Shown here one piece after another: positions 51,757 to 63,280 of a stretch of DNA of 64,000 nucleotides (the stretch's first letter is position 1; each line of letters opens with the position of its first letter). Both the position numbers and the translations under genes were made by a program. Where the stretch lies: contig CP128817.1 in NCBI GenBank assembly GCA_051546255.1, positions 868,001 through 932,000 of the forward strand, read 5' to 3'. Below the pieces are notes generated by a model that made no database searches, was not told the DNA's origin, and worked only from the letters and a program-made list of their open reading frames with translations. Origin of the DNA: Meyerozyma guilliermondii (Eukaryota).

Positions 51757-54099
51757 ATGTCATTGCTAGCGTATATTTACACTTATTTATTGGGTGGTTT
51801 CACATTCTTACCCCTATGCGTACTAGCAATATACTACTTGCACCCAATCCGTCCTGATAGTCCCAAACCAGCCAAAAATCAAAAAAAATTTAGAGCAGGC
51901 GAAATCGAAGATGAAGCAAAATCCGGGGTACAGGCGCTTAAAGCTGGTTGGGTCACTGTAACCCACGAATACTGGCAGTCTACAGAAGACATATCGCTGC
52001 TGACTCAAGCAGTGAACGATTCGACAGATAACAAATCTGCGTATTCGTCACTCTATAAGCTTGCAAATAAAGCTGATGAAGCCGATAGTAATTCTAGTTC
52101 TGCTTCTTCTTTGGTTATAGGACCAGGATCTCCTACGTCGGACGAAAAGAATATAAAAGGACCACAGAAAAGACACAGATTTTATGCTGTTCTTAAACAT
52201 GGAAATTTGTTTCTTTATAAAGATGCCACAGTCAAAGATGTGAAACATGTAATTGTTTTATCGAGTCAAGTTGTCACCATTTGGCCACGAGGAATTGCAG
52301 ATAGCCAATTGTTCACGAAAAACTCCGCCATTTGTATCATGAAAAAAGACTGGTCCAGACACCGGCGACTACTGGACAGCTTTGATTCCGATACGGTTTC
52401 TACTCATGAAATTATTGCTACGGAAAACAAACACCACATACAGCCTCCTAAGGGATCGGTTTTCTTGTATTGTGACTACAATATAGATAAAGAGGACTGG
52501 TACTTTGCGTTAATTAGGGCGTCAAAATCTGACACTACTCCATCTCCATTGAATCCAAATGTGTTTGCCAAGCCATTGCATTTTGCAACCGATGATATGA
52601 TCGATATGATCCAAACATTGTACAGTGCCGAGGGCCAACTCCATTCAAAATGGTTCAATGCAATAACTGGAAGATTATTCTTGGCTTTACAAAGAACTCC
52701 GGCTATGAGCGCATTTTTGGAGAACAGAATTGCTAAAAAACTCAACAAAATCAAAACTCCTGGTTTTCTTGATAAGTTTCAGATCAAAAAGATCGACCCA
52801 GGAACTTCAATTCCTTTCTTCACTTATCCGTCTCTCAAAGAAGTCAACCCCGATGGAACTCTCGTCCTTTCTGTATGTGTCCACTACCATGGTTCCATGG
52901 CCATCCAAATTGCAACCAAGGCCAATATTAAACTCGGAAGCACTTTCAAGCCTCGTGAGGTGGATCTACTCTTGTCTGTGACCCTTGAAAAGTTGGAAGG
53001 ACAAATGATCATCAAGTTCAAACCTCCACCATCGGACAGAATATGGTATACTTTTGAAACGGAACCTACAATGGACTTGAAAATTGAACCTATTATCAGC
53101 TCACGGCAGTTCAATTACAACATTATTACCAGCACTATTGGAAAAAAGTTCAAGGAAGCCATTCGAGACAGTTTGGTGTTACCGCATTATGACGACTTGG
53201 TGTTCCACGATACTCTAGGAGAAATTTATAGAGGAGGAATATGGGACCAGGAAGCAAGAGGAACCGATTTCGACACTGCAGAGGTGTCGACCCCGGCAGA
53301 TTCAGATGCGGCTTCAAGCATCGCCAATGATATCGACTTGGACAAGTCCGCACCTTCGGCTGCGAAAGTTCGGCTTTCCAATACCATCAATGATTTCACG
53401 AAAAAGCTCAAGAAATCCAAATCATCTCACACGGTTGCTTTGAACGAAGATCAATGTTTGTCCGATGGATCTTTCGTTGACGCCAACAAGAATCAAGAGG
53501 GAGAGAGCGACACTCATGATTCTTCCATCAGCAAAAAGTCAATGAACACCTTGAAAAAAATTGGACAATGGTACTTCAAAGACGAAAAGAAAGGTGAAAG
53601 TACTGTTACTCAATCACCAGATATGATTCTGAATAGGCGTACGCCCAGAAAGTCCAATGCTGACATGACCCATTCTGCTGCCTCAAGCATGTCCAACCAA
53701 CCTTCCAGCCCCAAAAATTACATTTCAAGCAGCGCTTTTATTCGTGAAGGAGAACATGTTGACTTCCCGCAACCTTCAAGTAGCACCCGAGAGTCCATGA
53801 TTGAGCCAGATGCAACATCTTTGAGTTTCGGCGTAACTTCTTCGGCAAGAGAAGAAGACTCGTCCACCAGTAGCGCACGCAGTATACATGCGGCAGAACC
53901 CAGTTTGACAGAGGTGACTCCGGCAGTAGCGTTGGCTGAAGATACTCCCAGTTTGGCTCATTCGAAACTAAGAAGAAAACCTCCACCAGAAAGCTTAGCC
54001 AGTTTGGAATCGCATGAGAAATCACAAGAAGACGAAGAAATGAGTGAAGAAATGAACCAAGAGGCTACTATGGAAGAAAACGACCAAACCGACATCTAG
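51757..54099 (+). CDS. NVJ2: PH- and SMP-domain membrane contact-site lipid transfer protein (Nvj2/TEX2)
   Basis: N-terminal TM (YLLGGFTFLPL), PH (FYAVLKHGNLFLY...KEDWYFAL) and SMP (WFNAITGRLF...KKLNKIKTPGFL...KPPPSDRIWYTF). Confidence 0.9.
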   Translation: MSLLAYIYTYLLGGFTFLPLCVLAIYYLHPIRPDSPKPAKNQKKFRAGEIEDEAKSGVQALKAGWVTVTHEYWQSTEDISLLTQAVNDSTDNKSAYSSLYKLANKADEADSNSSSASSLVIGPGSPTSDEKNIKGPQKRHRFYAVLKHGNLFLYKDATVKDVKHVIVLSSQVVTIWPRGIADSQLFTKNSAICIMKKDWSRHRRLLDSFDSDTVSTHEIIATENKHHIQPPKGSVFLYCDYNIDKEDWYFALIRASKSDTTPSPLNPNVFAKPLHFATDDMIDMIQTLYSAEGQLHSKWFNAITGRLFLALQRTPAMSAFLENRIAKKLNKIKTPGFLDKFQIKKIDPGTSIPFFTYPSLKEVNPDGTLVLSVCVHYHGSMAIQIATKANIKLGSTFKPREVDLLLSVTLEKLEGQMIIKFKPPPSDRIWYTFETEPTMDLKIEPIISSRQFNYNIITSTIGKKFKEAIRDSLVLPHYDDLVFHDTLGEIYRGGIWDQEARGTDFDTAEVSTPADSDAASSIANDIDLDKSAPSAAKVRLSNTINDFTKKLKKSKSSHTVALNEDQCLSDGSFVDANKNQEGESDTHDSSISKKSMNTLKKIGQWYFKDEKKGESTVTQSPDMILNRRTPRKSNADMTHSAASSMSNQPSSPKNYISSSAFIREGEHVDFPQPSSSTRESMIEPDATSLSFGVTSSAREEDSSTSSARSIHAAEPSLTEVTPAVALAEDTPSLAHSKLRRKPPPESLASLESHEKSQEDEEMSEEMNQEATMEENDQTDI

Positions 54100-54114
54100 T
54101 TCTATGCAATATAC

Positions 54115-57100
54115 TTAAATATAGGGTGCCCAGCCGCCATACATTTGGCTGAGGTTTTCCGTAGAAGTTGCTTCCTGAATTAAAACATCAACTTGGCCAT
54201 TGATATTCATAGGAAGCCCTTCTTTCTCATCCATGAGACCTCTGATCTTTCTTCGCACGGTACGAAGATGATCCTGTGGGTCTTGCTGTGTTCTCCAATC
54301 CAACAAAGGATCGTATAAAAGCGTTTCAAGATTATTCATCAACGGTGCTTCATTTTCTCTCAAAATCGATCCTGTAACCTCACACGAGATTCTGAACAGT
54401 CCTTCGACTCCACTAATCGACATAACGTCGACCATGTTCTGCGTGAGTCTGAAAGGAACTATTTCTGGAGTCGGTAAGGTTTTTCCCTTTTCAAATAGAC
54501 AATCAAAATCAATGTGCAAAGCCGCTCCCGTCTTCTTGAAAAATAAAATGTTTTCACAGTGTCGGTCTCCAAGTCCAATGATATAGCCCACAATCGACAT
54601 AACTGCTGTAGATCGAGTAAATGCCGTTCTAGCAAGGTACCACGAGGACGGATCTGAGAACTGGTTTACCAACCAAGCATGTAGAACTGGTGGTGCTTCG
54701 TGACAGATATCTTCAAACAAGGCGATCAAATCTTCAATTGACTTTCTGTCGGCGGCAGATTTGCTTTTAACTGCCTTCTGTCCCAGATCTAGTCTCAAGA
54801 ACATTTTTCTGTCATTCACCATTTGCCCACGTTTCTTACGCTGTTCATTGATAATACCTTTCATGGTATCAACGTTCAGCACGAACTCAATCACACCCAT
54901 GTTTTCAGCTAGTGGCACCACCGAGTAGTTTGCAATTGTGAGATTGCGTTTTCTAGACTCATTATCAGCCGATAACAATCTATTGATCATCGTTGTGAAT
55001 TCAACCACTTTGGCATCCTTTCTTGTATCATCTTTTTTGATCATCAAACGGTAAACTTGAAAGTCAGAACCACGAATCGTCACCTGCCGTGGCATTTGGA
55101 GGGAATGGAACACATTCACAGCGTCGTCAAACCCATTGAAAGTGATGCTTGAAGACTTGGGAAATGCTGATGAGCTCTTTTGAACATGCTTTACACTGGG
55201 TAATCGAATTTCCAAATTTGACCGAACAGGTATTACCAAAGAAGTGCACGGTTCATTCAAGCTAGTTATTCCAAAGTCGTCAGCCAAAGACATCTTTCGT
55301 GGTGATTTTTTCGAGATCTTGAAATTGGCAAGTTTTTTGAGAGTTTGAAACAACTGTTGAGCGCCAGAAAGTATTTTTGAAGCATCATTACCAGTGGAAA
55401 CATAACTTTTGAGCACCAAGCTAACACGATCTCTTCTTGTCTTGTCATTCGAGTTCAAATGTGAAAGTACAAACCACAAGCTGTGACGAGGATACGTCTC
55501 AACAAGTCTAGCGATAATTTGATGAAGCAAATCTGCCGATGGCTGATGAGCGTGGCCAACACGGGACAATAATTGGGTTATGGCAGTATACCACACGTAC
55601 GCTGGGATCTTGGTAATCACAGACCCTATGTCTTGAACAATTTGATTCAATGCTTTTTCTGAATCACCTGAACGTCTGGTAGTCTGAGCAAAGTCGAGCC
55701 ATACGGTAATCAACTTTGGAAGTGCCTCAAAGATATACGTTGGACCCAAAGCTAGGGCTTTCAAAAAGTATCTCACAAGATGCTGCTCAAAGATTCCTGA
55801 CAGATCATTCTGAGAATCCATGAGCTTGTTATAGTACTTTCCGAGATCGTAGTACGGTTTTTCCCAATTGGCATCGAGACGATAAGCCTTTGTGTATTCC
55901 GCAATGATGGCCGTGGAAGAACTATGGCTCGATTCATCCAACCATTCTGCATACTTGAGTTGTACCTTTGCTTTCAGAATTGACTTCCATATATTCTTGT
56001 CGGTCAAAACTTGCTCAATGGATTTGATAGCCTCAGTATGCTTTCCTTGGTCCCATAATAAGTCAGCGTACTCAATGGTTGCTCTTCCATCATTGAGTGC
56101 CATGGCTTTAACTATTGATTGGGTTGCAAGGTCGAATCTGTGATTCTTGCGGGCTAATTCTGACTTGAAGAGAAGATTATCAGCAACCTTTTGGTTTTCT
56201 TTTTTCACTTTGTGGGCCACCAGCTGCATTGAAACTATCGCCCACTGGGAATCAAACGCTTGGTCTGCATTCTTGAGCCTCACCTTCAAGATGTTATTAA
56301 TGGTGGAACTATCTGACTCATGGTCGGGAAATATGATGCTGGACATATCATAAAGGTTATGCAAATGTGATAAGAGGGCAGCATTGCGGGAAGTTGACGA
56401 GGATACAGAGGAAAGTAATGATTTTCCAATGATATCGTAGAGCAAATCAATGCGAGCTTTTGAGAGTTCTTCATCCAGAAGGTCCACGATTGCATTGAGA
56501 GCTTGTGCAAATTGATATGTCATAGAGGTTCCAACATCATGAAATTTTCCAATTGAATCGGCAACATAAAGCCATTTTTTCAACTGATCAAAGCTGCCTG
56601 AAATGGTGGCAGCTGAAAGACCAGCCATTGACCAGTCGAAAGGAATGGCAGAAAGATCATGATGCTCGGTTCGCACTGCAAGAGTCGAAAGAACATCGTC
56701 GTACATAGCATGATTTGCTAAAGATTTGAGTAGTTTGGTTTGATTTTCAATCTTTTCGTCTTTGTCTCCCAACTCACTAAGTGCCTGGAAAGAACTCTGC
56801 ACAAAGGTCCAGTTATCATTATACTGGAAAGTTGTAAGTTTCTCGTTGAGGTTATTCGTTGAGAACTTCCGAAGAATACCACTTAGAGCATCAAAGTCAT
56901 TCAAGTTGGCGTACATGGACTGCAAAACGGGTACTATCTTGAGCTCGCCAATTTGGTTTTCAGAGTTTACTCGCCCATCTCGATAGCATTTTTCCAAGTA
57001 AAGAATCGTGCGCTCATAAGAGTTACACTCTGCTGATTTGATTGCAATGAGCTCCATTGGCACTCCATCCAAGAATGAGCTCACCAAATCTATTCGCTTT

Positions 57101-60100
57101 TTCATTCTGGAAGTTTCTGTCTTGCTAAGAGTATAGTCGTTCATATACTGAATTGCTGATGAAACCCAATCGTTGAAGTAGTCTAAAACTTCGAAGACAG
57201 ATTGATAACAAAGCTTGATCTGGTCGCTTCTATCAGGTGATAATTCCGAGTTGTCCACGTTCAACAAATAGAGAAACTCAGTACGGATATCATTGATGAC
57301 TTCCTCGTCTCCGTTGATTACATGACTCAAAACCACATATTTCAAAAGGTAGTCACAGATCGAAATATCATGATCACGAATCAACATCGAACATGTTTGA
57401 AATATTGTCAGACGAGAAGTACTGTTCGAACCACCATCTTTGAATATGCTTTTCACTGGTCGTTTCAAAAGCGTGGCTGTGACGTCGACAAGCCATTTTT
57501 CATGAGTTAAACCAATCTTGAAGTGAGGATACTTCAAAGGCTCATACCTCACGACAGGAGAAACATATTTTGATGACAAAAGCGGTGTCAAAGTCGACTT
57601 TGCTACGTCGCTGAACTTTTTCCAGACGTCAGTAAAAGGGTCTTGTGTCAGGGGGTTCAAAACAGAAGCATCTAACTTGAGTACTTCCAAAAACGTTTGC
57701 ATGGAATAAGCAGAAAATAGTTGCTTGACTGGATCATTGGAAGCCCAAAAGACCTTGAGTACCTTGTTCTCAATAAAGTGACGTAGAAAAGCAGCATTCT
57801 CTCGGTAATCTTCAAAATCGTGGACAACAATTACCTGTGATTTGAACGTTTTAAGAGCAAAACGATTGGGATCAAGCGCACCAAAAAGCGATAATGCTTT
57901 AGCACATTTCTTGGAAATGTCACTACTGGAGCTTTTGAACTTCGAAGAGGTGTCCAAGAGCGTTCGAATCAAATTGGCCACGTAGGTTTGCATGGCATTG
58001 TCTTGAAAGTCTTCTGATTGACAATTGAGTTGATACTTGTCAATATAGATGTTCAAGTCATCCAATGCCTGGTGAACAACGTACTCATTGTGTGTTTGCA
58101 AACGACGAGCGAACTCCGACAAGTAATTTGTTCGTGATGTGGGCTTCATCAAGTTTCTGAAGGTGGAGTCCAATTTGAAGTATCTTTCCAAATCTTTAAT
58201 AAATGGAATTGAAAAGTAGTAAAGCGAGTATTTTGTGTACTTGTCTCGAAGCTCAACAAATAGTTTTTTCAAGATCTGAACCGCAATAATTTTGGATCTG
58301 TGCTCAAAAATTGTAAACTTTTGAAATATGAGTGATATGAGTATATCAAACAAAGAAATGAGATGATCTGTCAGAAGCTTTTGAACCAACACATTCCAGC
58401 ATCTCAACGCAGGTAATTCAAAGTCAGCATTTTCAAGCATAGCTTGCAAGCATGTGGATATTTGGCCAAGAGCAGACGCCGAAGCATTGATGTTGTTAGT
58501 TATGAGGAACTCTATGGCCCGAAGCGAGCTCATTCTCTCTAGAAATGGCTTGGTACCTTTGATATGATGAACGTTTTCCGAGAACCGCTGAACCAATTCT
58601 AATACGTGCTCACCTAAAAGATATTCAATGTGGTTAAAATTCTTTGCACGAGCCAAGTTTTGAGATTTGGTCTTGGTTAAGTTGGCTTTTGCAATATAGT
58701 GTAGAGCGTTTCGTATTTGCTTTTCGTTAGTAAAAATGCCCTTGTCGTTGATTCGAATATTGAGAAGAACAAACCAGGTGATTTCGCCTATACTTGAAAC
58801 CAATTCAGCCATTGAAATCGATTTGAATTCAGGACTAGCATTAGCAAGAACATTCAAGATGTAAGACTCGTTTATCTCATCGTCCTTACATATGTAGGTT
58901 GCAACTATCCGTGGCAAATTGCGGGCAATCAATTTCCATCTGGTGGTTTCTGCTGCAACGGCGATATCTTGAATATAATCATGTTTGTAGTATTCAAGAA
59001 ACCTTGGAGTAGTATATTCTTTGGTTCGATTCAAAAAGTACTTTTTGGAAATTCCACAAAGTTGAGTGATTCTTTCAAACATAGCAGGATGTTTAACAAT
59101 CCGTTCTGCAACGCTGGGGAGAAATGGCGATAGAACTTTGTAAGGCGTGAGAGACTTTGCTGATGCAATCCCCAACATTTCGTGGTACACCATATTGACA
59201 TGGTGATCATTAGATTCGCCAAATAGGTCGATAAGCTTGATAAATATAGCACAAAGCCATTCTCCTTCAGAAATAATGGCTAACTCGCCAAGAGCTCGAA
59301 ACATGGACTCGGCCAAGTATGCATTTTTTTCGATGTCGATGGACACCAAGCCACTGAAAACTATTCGAAATGCAATTTCTAGATGGTCATCTTTAGGAGC
59401 TAGGAGAAACAAGGGCAACACCCTAGCAGCCAAAAGACGGCAATCACGATTATGGTTTCTCTGTAGACACTTGAGCACAAATTTGAATGAAGGTTCGTCA
59501 GCAATTGAAACGATGTCTGGTCTGTATGATGCCAAGATCTTGTAAAGGGCAAGAAGTACATTTGTACATAGGATAGGATCCTCTCTTATCTTTTGCTGGT
59601 ATGTGCCAAACATGAACTCACAGAAAATGCTGTACAAGGTCGATATCTTGGGGTGTTCTCGTATCAAGGGACGAGAAATTGAGATGCTGGAATAATTAGT
59701 CTTGCTGAGAGAGCGGTGGTCGCAATCTTCGCAGCTTGAAGTCTTCAATTTGAGTCGACCACTCGAAAGGCACGAGTAGTTTCCCAATGCTGTGATTAAT
59801 GTGTATAGCGTTAGTCGTGAACCAAAGTTATCCTTGAGAACAAAGCCTTTCAAAAACTGATTTACGTTTGAAATCCATACCAGAGGATCTTGAGCCGTAC
59901 GGAATTCTGGTGAGTAGAATTGTAGCATGGTATCGAGGGAAGGGGACTGGGTACCGAGAAGCTCTGCTGCCAAAGTATCTAGTTCTGAGTCGTTGAATGG
60001 TGCAGGTTCCTTCATGATTTCGTCACCATTAGTTATGGCATATCTCTTTTGGATCACGGCGATGGAATTAGAGAGCAAATGAGGTAGTTTAAGCGGTCCG

Positions 60101-61065
60101 GAGTTGAACGATGCAAACGCTTTCATGAACGAGTGTTCGAGCTGGCGATCTATACAGATCAAAAAGACTTTGAACAAGCAGCAGCACCAGCTTCTTATGA
60201 ACGTAGTGTACTCAATGGGTGGCAGAGACGAACTTTCATGGAATTGATCTCTGAATTCCGTTAGCCAGCTAACGACGAGTGCGATGTCTGCCCAGCCAGC
60301 TGTCTCTTCCACCACGATATTATTGGTGAGATTTGAGATGAGCACCGATTTCAACTCGTCCACCACCTTGATGTTATCGTTGTAATTGCAAAGAACGAAC
60401 CACAATTTGCGAGCAAACGTCTCCAATTTTAACGGCATGCCAGCGATATTTGCAAGCAAGCGAATCAGAATATCTTTGTCGTTGATAATCAGAAACAAGT
60501 GGGTACATCGTACTAGCTGTGACTGGTAGTTATCCTTATCGTATGGCGTGGTGAGAGAAGAAAATAGTCCAGCTAAATCGTGTTCGATGGTGGAGATGAG
60601 GATGATCTGTAGTTTGCGTTTATACTGGAATCCATGAAGTTGGGTAGTGACCAAGTTGATAATGGTAATGATGAACAGTTTAATGCAGTTTATGGTTTGG
60701 TGGCTCGTTTCGTCGTGATTTGTGGAATAATTGAAGAGATGATGGATGCCAAATCGAAGACCCCATTCGTAGAATAAAGACAGTAAACCTGGGATTTCTA
60801 TGGCCAATTCCGACTCTGGCGGTGATATGTGGGTGTTGAGCAAGTATTTCTTCTTGGAAAGCACCAATTCAATGGTATCGAAAGTTCTTTGGAGAAGTTG
60901 CAATTTGCCATTTCCATTGGCAATTTTGGCGATGAGTTTGTGGGCGAACCCGAAGAGGTATAAGGTTAGTTTTTTGAAATCGGTTCTGTCGTCGTTCTCA
61001 ATGTTGGAATGGACATCGTCGAGAAACGAAACGAGATCCTGATCACTTATATCGGTGGCGGCCAT
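54115..61065 (-). CDS. MEC1: ATR-family checkpoint kinase Mec1
   Basis: 2316 aa PIKK: KKDDTRKD, GYIIGLGDRHCENIL, HIDFDCLFEKG, VPFRLTQN, and FATC (NLSQMYGGWAPYI). Confidence 0.97.
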   Translation of the reverse strand: MAATDISDQDLVSFLDDVHSNIENDDRTDFKKLTLYLFGFAHKLIAKIANGNGKLQLLQRTFDTIELVLSKKKYLLNTHISPPESELAIEIPGLLSLFYEWGLRFGIHHLFNYSTNHDETSHQTINCIKLFIITIINLVTTQLHGFQYKRKLQIILISTIEHDLAGLFSSLTTPYDKDNYQSQLVRCTHLFLIINDKDILIRLLANIAGMPLKLETFARKLWFVLCNYNDNIKVVDELKSVLISNLTNNIVVEETAGWADIALVVSWLTEFRDQFHESSSLPPIEYTTFIRSWCCCLFKVFLICIDRQLEHSFMKAFASFNSGPLKLPHLLSNSIAVIQKRYAITNGDEIMKEPAPFNDSELDTLAAELLGTQSPSLDTMLQFYSPEFRTAQDPLVWISNVNQFLKGFVLKDNFGSRLTLYTLITALGNYSCLSSGRLKLKTSSCEDCDHRSLSKTNYSSISISRPLIREHPKISTLYSIFCEFMFGTYQQKIREDPILCTNVLLALYKILASYRPDIVSIADEPSFKFVLKCLQRNHNRDCRLLAARVLPLFLLAPKDDHLEIAFRIVFSGLVSIDIEKNAYLAESMFRALGELAIISEGEWLCAIFIKLIDLFGESNDHHVNMVYHEMLGIASAKSLTPYKVLSPFLPSVAERIVKHPAMFERITQLCGISKKYFLNRTKEYTTPRFLEYYKHDYIQDIAVAAETTRWKLIARNLPRIVATYICKDDEINESYILNVLANASPEFKSISMAELVSSIGEITWFVLLNIRINDKGIFTNEKQIRNALHYIAKANLTKTKSQNLARAKNFNHIEYLLGEHVLELVQRFSENVHHIKGTKPFLERMSSLRAIEFLITNNINASASALGQISTCLQAMLENADFELPALRCWNVLVQKLLTDHLISLFDILISLIFQKFTIFEHRSKIIAVQILKKLFVELRDKYTKYSLYYFSIPFIKDLERYFKLDSTFRNLMKPTSRTNYLSEFARRLQTHNEYVVHQALDDLNIYIDKYQLNCQSEDFQDNAMQTYVANLIRTLLDTSSKFKSSSSDISKKCAKALSLFGALDPNRFALKTFKSQVIVVHDFEDYRENAAFLRHFIENKVLKVFWASNDPVKQLFSAYSMQTFLEVLKLDASVLNPLTQDPFTDVWKKFSDVAKSTLTPLLSSKYVSPVVRYEPLKYPHFKIGLTHEKWLVDVTATLLKRPVKSIFKDGGSNSTSRLTIFQTCSMLIRDHDISICDYLLKYVVLSHVINGDEEVINDIRTEFLYLLNVDNSELSPDRSDQIKLCYQSVFEVLDYFNDWVSSAIQYMNDYTLSKTETSRMKKRIDLVSSFLDGVPMELIAIKSAECNSYERTILYLEKCYRDGRVNSENQIGELKIVPVLQSMYANLNDFDALSGILRKFSTNNLNEKLTTFQYNDNWTFVQSSFQALSELGDKDEKIENQTKLLKSLANHAMYDDVLSTLAVRTEHHDLSAIPFDWSMAGLSAATISGSFDQLKKWLYVADSIGKFHDVGTSMTYQFAQALNAIVDLLDEELSKARIDLLYDIIGKSLLSSVSSSTSRNAALLSHLHNLYDMSSIIFPDHESDSSTINNILKVRLKNADQAFDSQWAIVSMQLVAHKVKKENQKVADNLLFKSELARKNHRFDLATQSIVKAMALNDGRATIEYADLLWDQGKHTEAIKSIEQVLTDKNIWKSILKAKVQLKYAEWLDESSHSSSTAIIAEYTKAYRLDANWEKPYYDLGKYYNKLMDSQNDLSGIFEQHLVRYFLKALALGPTYIFEALPKLITVWLDFAQTTRRSGDSEKALNQIVQDIGSVITKIPAYVWYTAITQLLSRVGHAHQPSADLLHQIIARLVETYPRHSLWFVLSHLNSNDKTRRDRVSLVLKSYVSTGNDASKILSGAQQLFQTLKKLANFKISKKSPRKMSLADDFGITSLNEPCTSLVIPVRSNLEIRLPSVKHVQKSSSAFPKSSSITFNGFDDAVNVFHSLQMPRQVTIRGSDFQVYRLMIKKDDTRKDAKVVEFTTMINRLLSADNESRKRNLTIANYSVVPLAENMGVIEFVLNVDTMKGIINEQRKKRGQMVNDRKMFLRLDLGQKAVKSKSAADRKSIEDLIALFEDICHEAPPVLHAWLVNQFSDPSSWYLARTAFTRSTAVMSIVGYIIGLGDRHCENILFFKKTGAALHIDFDCLFEKGKTLPTPEIVPFRLTQNMVDVMSISGVEGLFRISCEVTGSILRENEAPLMNNLETLLYDPLLDWRTQQDPQDHLRTVRRKIRGLMDEKEGLPMNINGQVDVLIQEATSTENLSQMYGGWAPYI

Positions 61066-61079
61066 GGCGCGTGAGCGCG

Positions 61080-61180
61080 GTGAGAAGTAAAGTGAGAAGT
61101 AAAGTGAGAAGTGAGAATAATGAGAGAAGAAAGAAAGAGAGAAAAGAATTAGTGAGAGAAAAGTAAGAAATAGCGATTAG
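61080..61180 (+). repeat. Purine-rich low-complexity repeat (GTGAGAAGTAAA-like)
   Basis: gtgagaagtaaagtgagaagtaaagtgagaagtgagaataatgagagaag... Confidence 0.55.
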
Positions 61181-61361
61181 GTAAGAGAGGAAATAGAGAG
61201 GAGCGAACCACTGTCATAGTGTAGATCAAGTGTACCAATAAAATTGAGTGCACAAATCATACCGTCTTCTACCGACTCTACACTCTTCCAACAACAATAC
61301 ATTATCACCATTAGATGTAAGTCGCTGTCTAGTCATCATCCCATGGTCCTATAATACATAA

Positions 61362-61667
61362 TCAACTATAGTTGATCGGCCGCTTGAATAGTAAAATATG
61401 AGGCTCGGGAGCATGGGTCTCGTAGTGAGCCCATCCCAACGATTGAGTAATTCCCAAGCCTCGCCATTCGTCCTCGTGCAATATACGAAGGGTGCCTGTT
61501 TCCGGGTTGAAGTAGTCCTGAGGAATCGCCTTGAGCATATTTTTGGGTAACATTACGTGTCGATATTCGTTGATATCGTCGCTGTAACGAGGACTATAAT
61601 GTATCATATCCTGGAACTCGAGTATTTTGGCTCGTTCACTGTCTGTGAGGTATCTGGGTTTGCTCAT
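61362..61667 (-). CDS. CKS1: Cyclin-dependent kinase regulatory subunit Cks1
   Basis: 101 aa from ATG 61667: [19 protein letters not shown]...[31 protein letters not shown]. Confidence 0.97.
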   Translation of the reverse strand: MSKPRYLTDSERAKILEFQDMIHYSPRYSDDINEYRHVMLPKNMLKAIPQDYFNPETGTLRILHEDEWRGLGITQSLGWAHYETHAPEPHILLFKRPINYS

Positions 61668-61818
61668 GGTAACGTCAAAAAATGGTAATTGTGGGGCAAT
61701 AGCTACACGTACTCGCGTGTGTAAAGTCGTCTGCGATGAGCGCCGAATCTGCCGCTGCCTTGACGGGTGCACCGGTGCAATCATAAACCACCTTAAACTG
61801 AAAAATGATTTTTGGTTC

Positions 61819-63274
61819 ATGGCATTAGGGGTGTTCACACGGCTGGCAGATGTAGAGAGTGCACGAAAGCGTGGGTTTGACTTTGTAGTATCTCCCGTAG
61901 AAGCTGTGGGTACCCAAAATGCTTCCAGGGTGATGGGAATGGTCGATACGACAACCATTGAATCCAGCGATCAATTCATAAATCATCTTGTAGAAATTGC
62001 AAACGCTTATTCTAAGCGTGTGAAGCATTTGGTGTTTTCCCCACCTCCCTGCTTGTTGGCGGACAAGTTTGGTTTGAAAAAAAAATTGCAATTGCTCGAT
62101 TCTCGTACCACTTATACCTTCATCATTCCATTGATTGATGATGTATTTTACTGGGAATTCTGGAACTATGTACTCAATGGCACAGTATCTTGCGCCTTGT
62201 ACTTTGTTGATGGCCAGAGAGTGTCCAGGTCAATGCTAGAGCGATATTCAACGCTTCCTGTTAGTTACCTTGAAATCGACACCCAAACTGTTCCTCCAGA
62301 CGAATATATCGAGGTCTTTTCCATGCCATCACCACCTTCAATAGTTCTTACAAACGGAAGAACAGACCACGGACTCACACGATTGCTCCAGTGTGCAGAA
62401 TATTGTGATAGCATCATAGATCCTCTTCAGCCTCTTCGTGATAATCTCGAACTAAGCGTATACGCTCAGTTTGAAAAAGACACCAAAAAGTATTCACAAT
62501 ACGAAAAGGCAATAAAGTTGGCACTCAAGTCAACTGCAAAGAGTGTGCTTGTTGCTGGACCCGGTAGAGGTCCTCTTCTTCAAATCGTAGTGGAAATGTC
62601 TTCAGCCAAAATCACAGGCGTAGAGAAAAACCCACAATGTATCGACATCTTAAAAGAAAGAAATGCTCATGAATGGCAGGATAGGGTTGAAATAGTACAC
62701 AAGGATGCCCGGGAAGTATGTGGAAAATGGGACTTGGTTGTTTCGGAAATGTTGGGTTCATTTGGGTGCAACGAATTGAGTCCTGAGGTTCTCGATGGGT
62801 TCTCATCCACGGTGATCCCGCAATCATATACCAGTTATATTCGGCCCATCTACTCTCCCATGGTGCCGCTGCAGTACTATGTTCCTTTTTTGGCTCATTT
62901 TAGTGTCTTTTATTCCATCACAAATCCAATGCCTTGTTGGACCTTCAGACATCCCAACAACAATTCAATGCAAAAAAAAAGCCGTTCTCAAGTTTGTTGC
63001 AATGTATGAAGAGTATATCAATGCATTTGAAGGCACTTTCTCTGCGGTTCTATTTCAGAACGTAACCATATCCAACCAGCAAGAAACAAGTGATTATGTA
63101 CCATCTTGGTTCCCAATGATCTTTCCAGTCGAGAAAACACGACTTGAAAAAAAGAAGGAGTATGTTGTTGAAATTGAACGAAAAACTTCCTCCGAAAACG
63201 TCTGGTATGAATGGAAATTCTTGGGAAAGAGGTATAACCAGAATGGACAGAGCCATTCGATCAAAAAGCACTAA
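61819..63274 (+). CDS. HSL7: Protein arginine methyltransferase Hsl7/PRMT5, interrupted by a 1-nt frameshift at A9 (62972-62980)
   Basis: PLQPLRDNL...YAQFEKD..KYSQY, GPGRGPL and [16 protein letters not shown] lie in the first frame. The beta-barrel C-terminus ([21 protein letters not shown]) lies in the next frame. Confidence 0.85.
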
Positions 63275-63280
63275 ATGGGT

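Noticed and set aside
61627..61958. Apparent overlap of the CKS1 and HSL7 ORFs
   Set aside because: Artefact of non-ATG starts in the ORF track. The real ATGs (61667 and 61819) are separated by 151 bp and divergent.
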